Assembly: GCA_001604035.1 (NCBI GenBank)
Contig: LVAK01000027.1
Location: 26 to 64,025 of the forward strand
Reading direction: 5' to 3'
Source of the DNA: Clostridiales bacterium Firm_05
Lineage (GTDB): Bacteria; Bacillota; Clostridia; Oscillospirales; Ruminococcaceae
Length of the DNA: 64,000 bases
Shown one piece after another: positions 10,636-19,633 of this stretch; position 1 is the first letter of the stretch, and each line of letters starts with the position of its first letter. The notes below the pieces were generated by a model. That model worked only from the letters and a program-made list of their open reading frames with translations, did no database searches and was not told the DNA's origin. A program made the translations under genes and the position numbers.

Positions 10636-11034
10636 TTGATAGCTGTGAAAAAAACTGTTATTATTTTATCGGTAGTAGTTGTATTGCAGGCCGTATTGAA
10701 TATTTACTGCATATTTTTTATGTCTGATGTTAAATATTCAGATAACGAAAAGTGGTTCGTTGAAAATTCACCATATTTGGATAATTACTGTAAGATCACA
10801 GCCTTTCAGGCAGAGCCGGGATCGCCGTTGGCGCTGAATGGAAGCACGAAGGTAACTATAAGTGTTTACAGCCAAAATAAGGAATTAGCCTGTTTTGAGG
10901 ACTATATAAAGAATAAGGGGAAGCCTTTGGATGAAACGAATTATTCAGTGGAATGGCATGAAAAATATGTATTGTTAAAGCTTTACGACTATGATAAACA
11001 ATATCATTCATACAGATTTTACTATGACGATTAG
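10636..11034 (+). CDS. Hypothetical membrane-anchored protein
   Basis: 132-aa ORF with N-terminal hydrophobic segment, GGGG RBS; start codon uncertain. Confidence 0.6.
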   Translation: MIAVKKTVIILSVVVVLQAVLNIYCIFFMSDVKYSDNEKWFVENSPYLDNYCKITAFQAEPGSPLALNGSTKVTISVYSQNKELACFEDYIKNKGKPLDETNYSVEWHEKYVLLKLYDYDKQYHSYRFYYDD

Positions 11035-11076
11035 CGGCCTTAACTTCGAGAAAGGCTGGCAGCTTCAATATTATCA

Positions 11077-13515
11077 ATGATAAAGGGAACGAGGTATAGA
11101 AAACAGATGAAAAACGGAATTGTCGAAACAGAAACAGTGAAACAGATAAAGCGGATACGTGCGGACATTGACGCAGGTCTTACCTCCGAGCAGGTCGCTC
11201 AGCGAAAAGAGGAGGGCATGGACAACAAGCCTGTTGAATCTCCGTCAAAGACCACGAAAGAGATCATCAAGGACAACGTATTCACATACTTCAATATGCT
11301 TTTTGCGGTGTTATCCGCATTGCTGATAGCAGTCGGCTCCTACAGAGACCTGACTTTCATGCCGATAATCATAGCCAATACTCTCATAGGTATCATACAG
11401 GAGCTTCGTTCAAAGGCGGTGCTCGATAAACTGACCATGCTGAATGCTCCGGTCACTACCGTCATAAGAGACGGCAAGGAGATAACGGTCAAGTCAAAGG
11501 AGCTTGTACTTGACGATATAGCGGTGTTCCGTGCAGGAAATCAGATAAGTGCGGATGCAGTAGTTGTCGGCGGACACGTATCCGTAAACGAGTCACTGCT
11601 CACAGGAGAATCTGATGAGATAACCAAGAAGAATGGCGACAAGCTCATGTCCGGAAGCTATATCGTATCCGGTTCATGCAAGGCAAGGCTGGAAAAGGTA
11701 GGAAGAGCCTCCTATATCTCCCAGCTCACACTTCAGGCGAAAAAGACCAAGAAGGGCGAGCAGTCAGAAATGATACGCTCCCTTAACAGGATAGTAAAAT
11801 GTGCGGGAATAATAATCATCCCGATAGGAATTTTCATGTTCATACAGCAGTACGCACTGAACGAGGATATAAAGACAAGCATCCAGTCAATGGTAGCCTC
11901 TGTCATAGGAATGATACCTGAGGGACTGTTCCTGATAGCCAGTGCAACACTTGCAGTCAGCGCCATGAGGCTTGCCCTTGAAAAGGTACTTGTCCACGAC
12001 ATGAAGTGTATCGAAGCGCTGGCGAGAGTAAACGTGCTGTGTGTTGACAAGACCGGTACCATAACTGAGAATACAATGGCAGTTTCCTCAGTGATACCGG
12101 TGGTATCAGATATGTCAGAGGACGAGATAAACGGTATCCTCAGTGATTTTGCAGCAGCTCAGGCTGCGGACAATGTTACGATGAGAGCGATAAAGAACAA
12201 GTTCATGCGGCCTGCCGGAAAGACTGCCATAGGTCATACAGGCTTCTCTTCGGAGTTCAAATACAGCAGTGTCACATTCAACGACGGTTCATACGTGCTG
12301 GGGGCTCCGGATTTTATACTGGGGGACAATTTTTCACGGTATACAGGTATAATCGAGGACAACGGACGAAAGGGCTACAGAGTCCTTGCATTCGGAAGAT
12401 ACTTCGGAAGACCTGACGGAAAGGCACTTGAAACTGCTGTAGATCCGATATGCTTTGTGATACTGTCCAATCCTATCCGAAAGGATGCACCGGATACGTT
12501 CAGGTACTTTGCAGAACAGGGCGTTGATATCAAGGTAATATCAGGAGATAATCCTGTTACTGTATCAGAAGTGGCCAAGCAGGCTGGCATACGCCATGCT
12601 GCTGATTACGTAGACGCTTCTACGCTCACTACTGACGAGGCTATAAACGACGCTGTAATGCGCTACACTGTATTCGGAAGAGTAACTCCGGAACAGAAGA
12701 GAAAATTTGTCAAGGCACTGAAAAAGAACGGCAAGACCGTTGCCATGACCGGTGACGGAGTAAATGATGTTCTTGCTCTCAAGGATGCAGACTGCTCTGT
12801 AGCAATGGCATCCGGAAGCGATGCGGCCTGTCAGGCAGCACAGCTTGTACTGCTGGAATCAGACTTCTCCAAAATGCCTGATGTAGTGCTTGAGGGACGT
12901 AAGGTGGTAAATAATCTTGAGCGTTCAGGAAGCTTGTTCCTTGTAAAGAATATATTCTCGCTCATACTGTCGATACTGACCATATGCGTAGGGATATCCT
13001 ATCCGCTGAAGCCTTCGCAGATATCACTCATAAGCCTTTTCACCATAGGAATTCCGGCGCTGGTTCTCTCACAGATGCCCAACAAGGAGCTTATCAAGGG
13101 TAAATTCATAACGAATATACTTCTCAAAGCACTGCCGGCGGGAATAACGGATACTATAATCGTTGCGGCGATGATGTATTTCGGAAACATATTCGGTGTA
13201 AGCCAGACTGATATCGCCACAGCTTCTACAATTCTCCTCAGTATCGTCGGACTGATGATCGTATTTGAGATAAGCAAGCCGATGGATGTATACAAAATGG
13301 GACTCTGGATAATATGTGCCATAGGACTTGTGTTCTGTATGGTATTCGTCAGCAGCTTCTTTGATATCACAAAGATGTCACCAAGATGCGTTCTGCTCTG
13401 TATCAACTTCTCTATCGTTGCGGAGCCTTGTATGAGATATCTTACGATGGGCATGAAGCAGGTGCAGAAATTCTTCATTCGCTCTGATGATGCCAAAGCA
13501 AAAAACGCCGCATGA
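11077..13515 (+). CDS. Cation-translocating P-type ATPase (CtpE-like)
   Basis: LTGES, IPEGL, DKTGT phosphorylation site, ISGDN, MTGDGVND; start may be 11107. Confidence 0.92.
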   Translation: MIKGTRYRKQMKNGIVETETVKQIKRIRADIDAGLTSEQVAQRKEEGMDNKPVESPSKTTKEIIKDNVFTYFNMLFAVLSALLIAVGSYRDLTFMPIIIANTLIGIIQELRSKAVLDKLTMLNAPVTTVIRDGKEITVKSKELVLDDIAVFRAGNQISADAVVVGGHVSVNESLLTGESDEITKKNGDKLMSGSYIVSGSCKARLEKVGRASYISQLTLQAKKTKKGEQSEMIRSLNRIVKCAGIIIIPIGIFMFIQQYALNEDIKTSIQSMVASVIGMIPEGLFLIASATLAVSAMRLALEKVLVHDMKCIEALARVNVLCVDKTGTITENTMAVSSVIPVVSDMSEDEINGILSDFAAAQAADNVTMRAIKNKFMRPAGKTAIGHTGFSSEFKYSSVTFNDGSYVLGAPDFILGDNFSRYTGIIEDNGRKGYRVLAFGRYFGRPDGKALETAVDPICFVILSNPIRKDAPDTFRYFAEQGVDIKVISGDNPVTVSEVAKQAGIRHAADYVDASTLTTDEAINDAVMRYTVFGRVTPEQKRKFVKALKKNGKTVAMTGDGVNDVLALKDADCSVAMASGSDAACQAAQLVLLESDFSKMPDVVLEGRKVVNNLERSGSLFLVKNIFSLILSILTICVGISYPLKPSQISLISLFTIGIPALVLSQMPNKELIKGKFITNILLKALPAGITDTIIVAAMMYFGNIFGVSQTDIATASTILLSIVGLMIVFEISKPMDVYKMGLWIICAIGLVFCMVFVSSFFDITKMSPRCVLLCINFSIVAEPCMRYLTMGMKQVQKFFIRSDDAKAKNAA

Positions 13516-13625
13516 CACGGCTGGATATAATGATAAAAATAGGGGACTGCTTTTTGTGGCAGTCCCTCTTATACGTAAAAGATCACCTCTCTGCGATACA
13601 ACAGAGAGGTGATCTGCATTCAGTG

Positions 13626-13883
13626 TTACTTTTTACCGAACAGTGAGAAGCCCTTCTTCACATATGGCTCAGAAGAGACATCAAGAAGCTTATAGCCGGT
13701 CTTTTCGACAGTCTCACGGATGAGAGCCTCATCCAGCGGCTCCTCAGAGATTATCTCTGTCTCACACTTTGAATGGGAAGAGTTGACTTTTTTTACATTG
13801 AATGAATTGCGTATAGCATCGTTCATATGAGCTTCGCACATACCGCACATCATACCTTCGATCTTTAAAACTGTTCTGGTCAT
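13626..13883 (-). CDS. Heavy-metal-associated (HMA) domain protein, CopZ-like
   Basis: GMMCGMCE metal-binding motif. Confidence 0.85.
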   Translation of the reverse strand: MTRTVLKIEGMMCGMCEAHMNDAIRNSFNVKKVNSSHSKCETEIISEEPLDEALIRETVEKTGYKLLDVSSEPYVKKGFSLFGKK

Positions 13884-14017
13884 TGTTTATCCTTATCTCC
13901 TTTTCTTGAGCGCTTATCGTTCTTCATTCCTTTTGAAATGCAGCTGTTTGCAGCAGCAGCGGCAAGAACAGCAGAAACTGTCACCCAGAAATCAGTATTG
14001 TTCAATAGATCATTCAT
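13880..14017 (-). CDS. Unlisted 45-aa small ORF coupled to the HMA gene
   Basis: MNDLLNNTDFWVTVSAVLAAAAANSCISKG...; RBS GAGG 6 nt upstream; stop overlaps next start (ATGA). Confidence 0.45.
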   Translation of the reverse strand: MNDLLNNTDFWVTVSAVLAAAAANSCISKGMKNDKRSRKGDKDKQ

Positions 14018-14312
14018 AAAGAACCTCACGAACTCCTTCCGTCCGTAATGATTGATAGTACGCCCCTATGGTGGGCTGTATAGAATGATTTTATACCTTT
14101 TCACAAATAAAATCAATGACGAAATTGTGAACAATATGACTTTTTGATGAATAATCGTTGTATTAGTCGAATTATAACAAATCGGTTTATAAAAACTTGT
14201 GCATTTGCTACAATGAATTACTTTAATAATTGTGGATTGCTTTCTTTTATTGTGGAAAAAATGTTGACAGAGGAAATTTGATATGATATTATAAAATAAA
14301 GGAGCAATATAC

Positions 14313-14918
14313 ATGAAAACCAGATTTATAGCATATATAACATTGATTTTGTCAATTTGTCTGCTTACATCATGCGGTGGGACACAGGCAAGCATAAATA
14401 TCAAAGCAGAAACTCCGCTGAAAACACAGATGCATTTTCTGATGAAGATAGATAAAGAGGATATAGATAAGTATAAAGAACCACGTAACACAGAGCTTCT
14501 TAAGTATTATGAGGATGGATATGCCTGTGCTGATATATTTCTTAAGGATAACAATATAAGTTTTTCTACACAATTACCTGACAGTCATAATATAATTTTT
14601 CGTTTTTGGGGAAAATATGACGTAACAAGCAATGGCGGAATAAAGCTTGTTTTGACGGATCAATACGGCAATATCCTGAAGGTCTCAAAACAGATAGCCA
14701 TATATGATGCAGATAACAGTAGCTATGTAAAAGATATTGAATGGGATATCGAAAATAATGTTGTATCACTTGGTGAGAGCTGCTCACTGTACAGAAAAGG
14801 CGATTTCAAGACGGTTTTTTTAATGGTGATAAAACAAGAAGAAGTTTGGCTGGTTGCTGCCATAATAGTGATAACGGTGTATTTTATTAAGAAGAAAAAA
14901 GCTGAAAAACGGCACTGA
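14313..14918 (+). CDS. Hypothetical lipoprotein with C-terminal TM anchor, AT-rich
   Basis: Lipobox LTSC, C-terminal hydrophobic stretch plus KKKK; RBS AAGGAG. Confidence 0.7.
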   Translation: MKTRFIAYITLILSICLLTSCGGTQASINIKAETPLKTQMHFLMKIDKEDIDKYKEPRNTELLKYYEDGYACADIFLKDNNISFSTQLPDSHNIIFRFWGKYDVTSNGGIKLVLTDQYGNILKVSKQIAIYDADNSSYVKDIEWDIENNVVSLGESCSLYRKGDFKTVFLMVIKQEEVWLVAAIIVITVYFIKKKKAEKRH

Positions 14919-14939
14919 AAGCATATTTCAGTGCCGTTT
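14907..14939. terminator. Bidirectional intrinsic terminator
   Basis: Perfect 14-bp stem AAACGGCACTGAAA/TTTCAGTGCCGTTT between convergent genes. Confidence 0.75.
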
Positions 14940-14941
14940 CA

Positions 14942-15133
14942 TTATTTCTTTTTGCCGTCGATCTTGGTATCGTAGGAGATACCGGTGCCGGGGATACTTG
15001 CAGTGACTTTTTTCTTGTCATTGAGAGTGACTTTAAGTTTTTTTCCGCCGACAGTAACGCTCTTGCTCTTCTTGTTGACATTAAGTCTGAACAGCTTGCC
15101 CAGCTTAATGCTTTTAGTGAATTTGAATCCCAT
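14942..15133 (-). CDS. DUF4236-like small basic protein
   Basis: MGFKFTKSIKLGKLFRLNVNK...TASIPGTGISY pattern; RBS GGAGG. Confidence 0.75.
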   Translation of the reverse strand: MGFKFTKSIKLGKLFRLNVNKKSKSVTVGGKKLKVTLNDKKKVTASIPGTGISYDTKIDGKKK

Positions 15134-15266
15134 GGAAAAACCTCCCTTTCAGCAGTGATGAACGCTGTATTTCAAGCATATTATAGCATTTCTTTGCTCA
15201 AATGTCAACATTGTTGACAACTGCTTAAAAGTGGAGTATAATTTAAGCAGGAAGGGAGGGATATCC

Positions 15267-15956
15267 ATGCTGGACGTGAATCATATCAGTGAGTATCGTG
15301 AAAACAACAGGATAGAAGCCAAGAAAGCTACAGGCGGTCTGCCGGACAGTCTGTGGGAGACATATTCGGCCTTTGCGAATACTCTTGGCGGAGTGATACT
15401 TCTGGGCGTGGAGGAATATCCCGACCGTTCACTGCACATAGTCGACCTGCCTGATCCTGAGTGGATGATAAGGGATATGCTGGATATACTGAATGATCCT
15501 AAGAAGGTCAGCGTCAACATACTCCGCAAGAAGGATATCTCCGTGAGAAAGGTTGACGGAAGGCGTGTTATAATGATAAAAGTGCCCCGTGCTGACAGGC
15601 GATTCAAGCCTGTATATATCGGCACTGATCCTTATTCCGGAACATACCGGAGGAATGGTGACGGTGACTACAAATGCTCCCGAGAAGAGGTGGAGGCACT
15701 GATAAATGAGAGCCGCTTCTATGATCCGGTAGAGGATACCAGTGAGTACAAGGCAGTTGTTGAAGCTGCGGATATAGAGGCTCAGAGCGAGCTTGAATGC
15801 TCATCGCTGGCAAGAAGGGATTCCGAAGACGGGATCTATTTCAGCTGGTGTTATGCCTTCTGGGAGATAAAGAAGCGGATACTGAAAGAGAAATACAATA
15901 TAGACTGGCGTACACCGGCAGAATTCATGCCGGCGCCCGCACAGGAGGATAAATAA
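15267..15956 (+). CDS. AlbA_2/Schlafen-like domain protein with short C-terminal domain
   Basis: ENNRIEAKKA, WETYSAFANTLGGVILLGVEE; RBS GGAGGG before ATG 15267. Confidence 0.8.
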   Translation: MLDVNHISEYRENNRIEAKKATGGLPDSLWETYSAFANTLGGVILLGVEEYPDRSLHIVDLPDPEWMIRDMLDILNDPKKVSVNILRKKDISVRKVDGRRVIMIKVPRADRRFKPVYIGTDPYSGTYRRNGDGDYKCSREEVEALINESRFYDPVEDTSEYKAVVEAADIEAQSELECSSLARRDSEDGIYFSWCYAFWEIKKRILKEKYNIDWRTPAEFMPAPAQEDK

Positions 15957-16729
15957 TGATAAAATACTACGATATAGGACTGAACCTTTTCTGCAAGCAG
16001 TTTCCAAGACCTGAGGAAATACTTTCCGGCGCAGCTGAAAACGGCGTTGGCTGTATACTCACAGGCTCGGACATGAAGAGCAGTGAAAGTGTTGCAGGGT
16101 TTGTTTCCGGACATGATTGCTGGGGCACCTGCGGCATACACCCGCACAGTGCAGACAGTGCAAGGGCGGAGGATCTCCGCAGGATAAAGGAGATAGTCTC
16201 CTCAAACGAAAAGATAGTTGCGGTTGGAGAGTGCGGACTTGACTATGACAGGATGTTCTCCACAAAGGAAAATCAGATACGCTGCTTTGAGCATCATATA
16301 AAAATCGCAGAGGAGCTCGGAAAGCCTCTTTTTCTACATGAGAGGGAGGCATCTGATGATTTCATCGCACGCTTTAAAAAGCATAAGGACATATGCTCAC
16401 ACGCTGTCGTTCATTGCTTCACAGGCGGAAAGGATGTGCTGGAAAAGTACCTGGATATGGGCTTTTACATCGGCATTACCGGTTGGATATGTGATGACAG
16501 AAGGGGAGCAGCTCTGCGTGAGGCAGTGAAGCTCATACCGGCCGACAGGATAATGGCTGAGACTGATGCACCATACCTTACACCTAAAAATGTCAAAGGT
16601 CTGGACAGGACTAATCTGCCGCAGAACATAGTGTACGTTGTGAGGGAGCTTGCAAAGCACATGAAGCTCAGTGAGGAGGAGCTTACGCTCAGGCTTGCTG
16701 AAAATACAAAAAGATTTTTCGGAATATGA
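15956..16729 (+). CDS. TatD family hydrolase/DNase
   Basis: GIHPH, AVGECGLDY, LFLHER, VVHCFTG, AETDAPY. Confidence 0.92.
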   Translation: MIKYYDIGLNLFCKQFPRPEEILSGAAENGVGCILTGSDMKSSESVAGFVSGHDCWGTCGIHPHSADSARAEDLRRIKEIVSSNEKIVAVGECGLDYDRMFSTKENQIRCFEHHIKIAEELGKPLFLHEREASDDFIARFKKHKDICSHAVVHCFTGGKDVLEKYLDMGFYIGITGWICDDRRGAALREAVKLIPADRIMAETDAPYLTPKNVKGLDRTNLPQNIVYVVRELAKHMKLSEEELTLRLAENTKRFFGI

Positions 16730-16802
16730 CGATCAGGTGATAAAACAAAGCAAATTTTCATCTGTTTTTTACCAAAAGTTAATATTCGATTCACATTTTT
16801 TA

Positions 16803-16831
16803 TTGAAATTTGCTATTATTTATGGTATAAT
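16803..16831 (+). promoter_or_regulatory. SigA-type promoter whose -10 box lies in the first repeat hairpin
   Basis: TTGAAA-17bp-TATAAT with extended TG. Confidence 0.7.
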
Positions 16832-17115
16832 GAATGCGAAAGCATTCATTATACTTTATCCCAATGCCCTTTTATACTTTATCCCAATGCCCTTGCAGAT
16901 ACACAGATCAGAGATCTGTTCCCTGCAATCGGGTGATTATACCATATGCGCTTCGCTTATATGGTATAATGGATGCGAAAGCATTCATTATACTTTATCC
17001 CAATGCCCTTGCAGATACACAGATCAGAGATCTGTTCCCTGCAATCGGGTGATTATACCATATGCGCTTCGCTTATATGGTATAATGGATGCGAAAGCAT
17101 TCATTATACTTTATC
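16821..17115 (+). repeat. 116-bp tandem repeat (about 2.3 units) with a nested 23-bp duplication, hairpin-rich
   Basis: 40-nt core starts at 16821, 16960 and 17076; TTATACTTTATCCCAATGCCCTT duplicated at 16849-16894. Confidence 0.92.
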
Positions 17116-17153
17116 TTAATGTAGTTGATAAAAATTCAGAAGGAGGTGTGTGC

Positions 17154-19016
17154 ATGATCGGCAGCAGAAAAATAATCTCACTATGTATCTCAAGACTGCA
17201 TGATATCGAGAATAATCGGTTCATCGCAAGACTCAACGAGCAGATAAAAGGCCTTAACTGCCGCCTGCTCATTTATAATATCACCACAGACCTCTTCTGG
17301 AAAGAGACAAAGCTGAGGTCAGAAACTGCGGTATTTGACCTTATCGATTATGAACATACTGATATCGTTATCATCATGGACGAAAAGATAAAGAGCCAGA
17401 CCGTTACAAGAAGTATTATTGCCAGGTCGAAAGAACACGGCATACCTGTGATCGTTGTGGACGGTGAATATGAGGACAGCCTCAGTGTCGAGTTCGACTA
17501 TAAGAGCGGCTTTGAAAAGATAGTCCGCCATGTGATTGAAGAACACGGTGCAAAGAGCGTGAATTATATCGGCGGCTTCAAGGGCAATCGTTTCTCAGAT
17601 GAGCGTGAGGAGATCGTCAGGAAAGTGACTGCGGAATATGGAATACCCTTTGATGATTCCATGACGTACTATGCTGAATTCTGGGCAAAGCCTTCTGTTG
17701 AAGCAGCAAAGAAGATCATATCTACAGGGAAAATACCGGATGCGGTTTTTTGTGCCAATGATATCATGGCCATAAATGTCACCAGTGTTTTTTTGAACCA
17801 TGGCATAAAAGTTCCGGAGCAGGTGATCGTGACCGGCTTTGACGGCATTGACGAGATCTATTTCACAGTGCCCAGGATAACCTCCGCAAGGACCTCCTAC
17901 AGGGAATTGGCGGATAAGGTTTTTGAGACAGTGGGCAGACTGCTCAATGGAGAAAAGTGTGAGGACAAGGTCTATGTCAAGCCGACGATGATATATAACG
18001 AGTCCTGCGGCTGCACCACCAGCGAGGACGATACAAAGCTTCTGAGGACGTTCAATAACAGGTTCTATCATTATCAGGATGACAATGTCAAGCTCAACGA
18101 TATATCCGATGTTATCCAGACCAAGAAGGAACTGATAAGTGCAGCAGAGGTGCTTTACAGCGATGTTGTAGAGAATATGTGCTGTATAATAAATAAGGAA
18201 TGTATTGACAATACCCATGATTATTTCCGAAGCAGGCGTGACCAGCCTTTCGGAGATACCATGTTCATGTTCTTCAATTCTGATGATCATCCGCTCAGGC
18301 AGTATGATATAAAGCGCAGCGATATGGTGCCTGATCTGGAGAGCAAGCTGGAAATGGGGTATCCGCTGATATTCAACTGCATATACTTCATGAATGTTCC
18401 GTTGGGATATATCTGCCTATATTTCAATCACTATGATATTACTGAATACGGCAAGATAATGGCCGTGGCAAATGCCATAGGCAGAGGCGTAGGCGGATTC
18501 ATAAACATGAGATACCAGCGCTATCTTATCGAGCGTGTGGAGAGTATGTATATGTGCGATTACCTTACAGGTCTTTATAACCGCACCAGCTTCAACAAGA
18601 AGTACATAGAGGCAGTAAATGAACTTCCATATGGTACAGAGATAACTGTCGTTCTGTCTGATCTTGACGGACTGAAAGGCATAAATGATAATTACGGCCA
18701 TTTCTCTGGCGACAATGCAATAAGGATAGTTGCACAGACACTGAAGGAGGCCTGTCCGCCGGATGCTATATGCGTAAGATACGGCGGCGATGAGATGATC
18801 GGCTTCATTGCCGGAAGCTGTGACACTGAAAAGATAACTGAAAAGATCCATTCGGCTATAGACGAGCACAACCGCCATTCCAGAACGGATTATAAGATAT
18901 CTGCAAGTGTTGGTGCTGTAACGGATGTGTTGAGTGACGAGACAGATATCGAAGATCTGATACGCCGTGCAGATAAGCTGATGTACATCGAGAAGCGTTC
19001 AAAAAAACAGCAGTAA
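17154..19016 (+). CDS. LacI-type sugar-binding domain fused to GGDEF (putative diguanylate cyclase)
   Basis: PDAVFCANDIMA and VIVTGFDG LacI-like motifs with no HTH; DYLTGLYNR, DLDGLKGINDNYGH, RYGGDEM; RBS AGGAGG before ATG 17154. Confidence 0.85.
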   Translation: MIGSRKIISLCISRLHDIENNRFIARLNEQIKGLNCRLLIYNITTDLFWKETKLRSETAVFDLIDYEHTDIVIIMDEKIKSQTVTRSIIARSKEHGIPVIVVDGEYEDSLSVEFDYKSGFEKIVRHVIEEHGAKSVNYIGGFKGNRFSDEREEIVRKVTAEYGIPFDDSMTYYAEFWAKPSVEAAKKIISTGKIPDAVFCANDIMAINVTSVFLNHGIKVPEQVIVTGFDGIDEIYFTVPRITSARTSYRELADKVFETVGRLLNGEKCEDKVYVKPTMIYNESCGCTTSEDDTKLLRTFNNRFYHYQDDNVKLNDISDVIQTKKELISAAEVLYSDVVENMCCIINKECIDNTHDYFRSRRDQPFGDTMFMFFNSDDHPLRQYDIKRSDMVPDLESKLEMGYPLIFNCIYFMNVPLGYICLYFNHYDITEYGKIMAVANAIGRGVGGFINMRYQRYLIERVESMYMCDYLTGLYNRTSFNKKYIEAVNELPYGTEITVVLSDLDGLKGINDNYGHFSGDNAIRIVAQTLKEACPPDAICVRYGGDEMIGFIAGSCDTEKITEKIHSAIDEHNRHSRTDYKISASVGAVTDVLSDETDIEDLIRRADKLMYIEKRSKKQQ

Positions 19017-19033
19017 TGATATAAAGCTGATAT

Positions 19034-19064
19034 AGAGGAAGCAGTTGAGCTGCTTCCTCTTTTT
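19034..19064 (+). terminator. Intrinsic terminator
   Basis: 11-bp stem AGAGGAAGCAG/CTGCTTCCTCT plus T-tract. Confidence 0.8.
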
Positions 19065-19274
19065 ATGTGTTTTGCCCTCGGCTGGTAATATATTGCTAAT
19101 CAGTCATATATTGCGGAAAAAAAGTCAAAAGTTGCGGAAATCTTCATAAATGCTTTACAGTTTGATGTATAATGATGTATATTAAACTCAGGAACATGAA
19201 CATAAATTGCGGTCAAGCAATATGGATTTTATGCATAATGAATAAGAAAAATCCCTTGAGATCGCATCAAAAAA

Positions 19275-19608
19275 TTGAAGTCAGCGCTGATAATGCCTGT
19301 ATGCTGTGGAAATCCGGCGATCCGGAAGGATCCTGTGAGCAGAATCGCAGGAAATAGTCAGTCCACCGGAGCAAGGGACTGAAAGAGCAGACATGGCTGA
19401 GCGGGGGGCGGTACTGCTTCAATATAAACAGATAAAAACTGTTCATGTATTGGATTGGGAATGATACCGCCATGCTGACAGCAAGTCATGGGCTGGCGGT
19501 ACAGGAATGCCGGTCGGGAGCGTCCGCCTGCGGACTGTCCGGGCTGACAGAAGGGCTTACTGATCTGTCAAAAGTGCCCATCCGTGAGGATGGACGAAAC
19601 CTTTTTTT
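19275..19608 (+). ncRNA. Candidate structured RNA or regulatory leader, family unidentified
   Basis: GC-rich island with at least nine complementary helices upstream of the true start of the dockerin-CotH gene. Confidence 0.5.
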
Positions 19609-19633
19609 ACTTTATTTTGTAAGGATGATTTCT

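Noticed and set aside
16821-17115. CRISPR array or type III toxin-antitoxin repeat
   Set aside because: The spacers are identical to each other, no cas genes are present, the unit is longer than known type III antitoxin repeats, and the downstream gene is not a toxin
16671-17153. 161-codon N-terminal extension of the GGDEF ORF
   Set aside because: It is just the tandem repeat read in frame; a strong AGGAGG RBS precedes ATG 17154
19401-19420. T-box-like GGGCGGTACTGC
   Set aside because: The bulge reads CGGT-ACT rather than TGGN-ACC, there is no specifier stem, and the downstream gene is unrelated to amino-acid metabolism
19555-19602. Hammerhead-like CTGA...GTGA hairpin...GAAAC
   Set aside because: The CUGANGA core is not intact or adjacent to stem II, and no matching stem III/UH site was found
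19445-19633. 63-codon N-terminal extension of the dockerin-CotH ORF
   Set aside because: It would bury the signal peptide that starts at MNKK (19634) and it overlaps the structured leader
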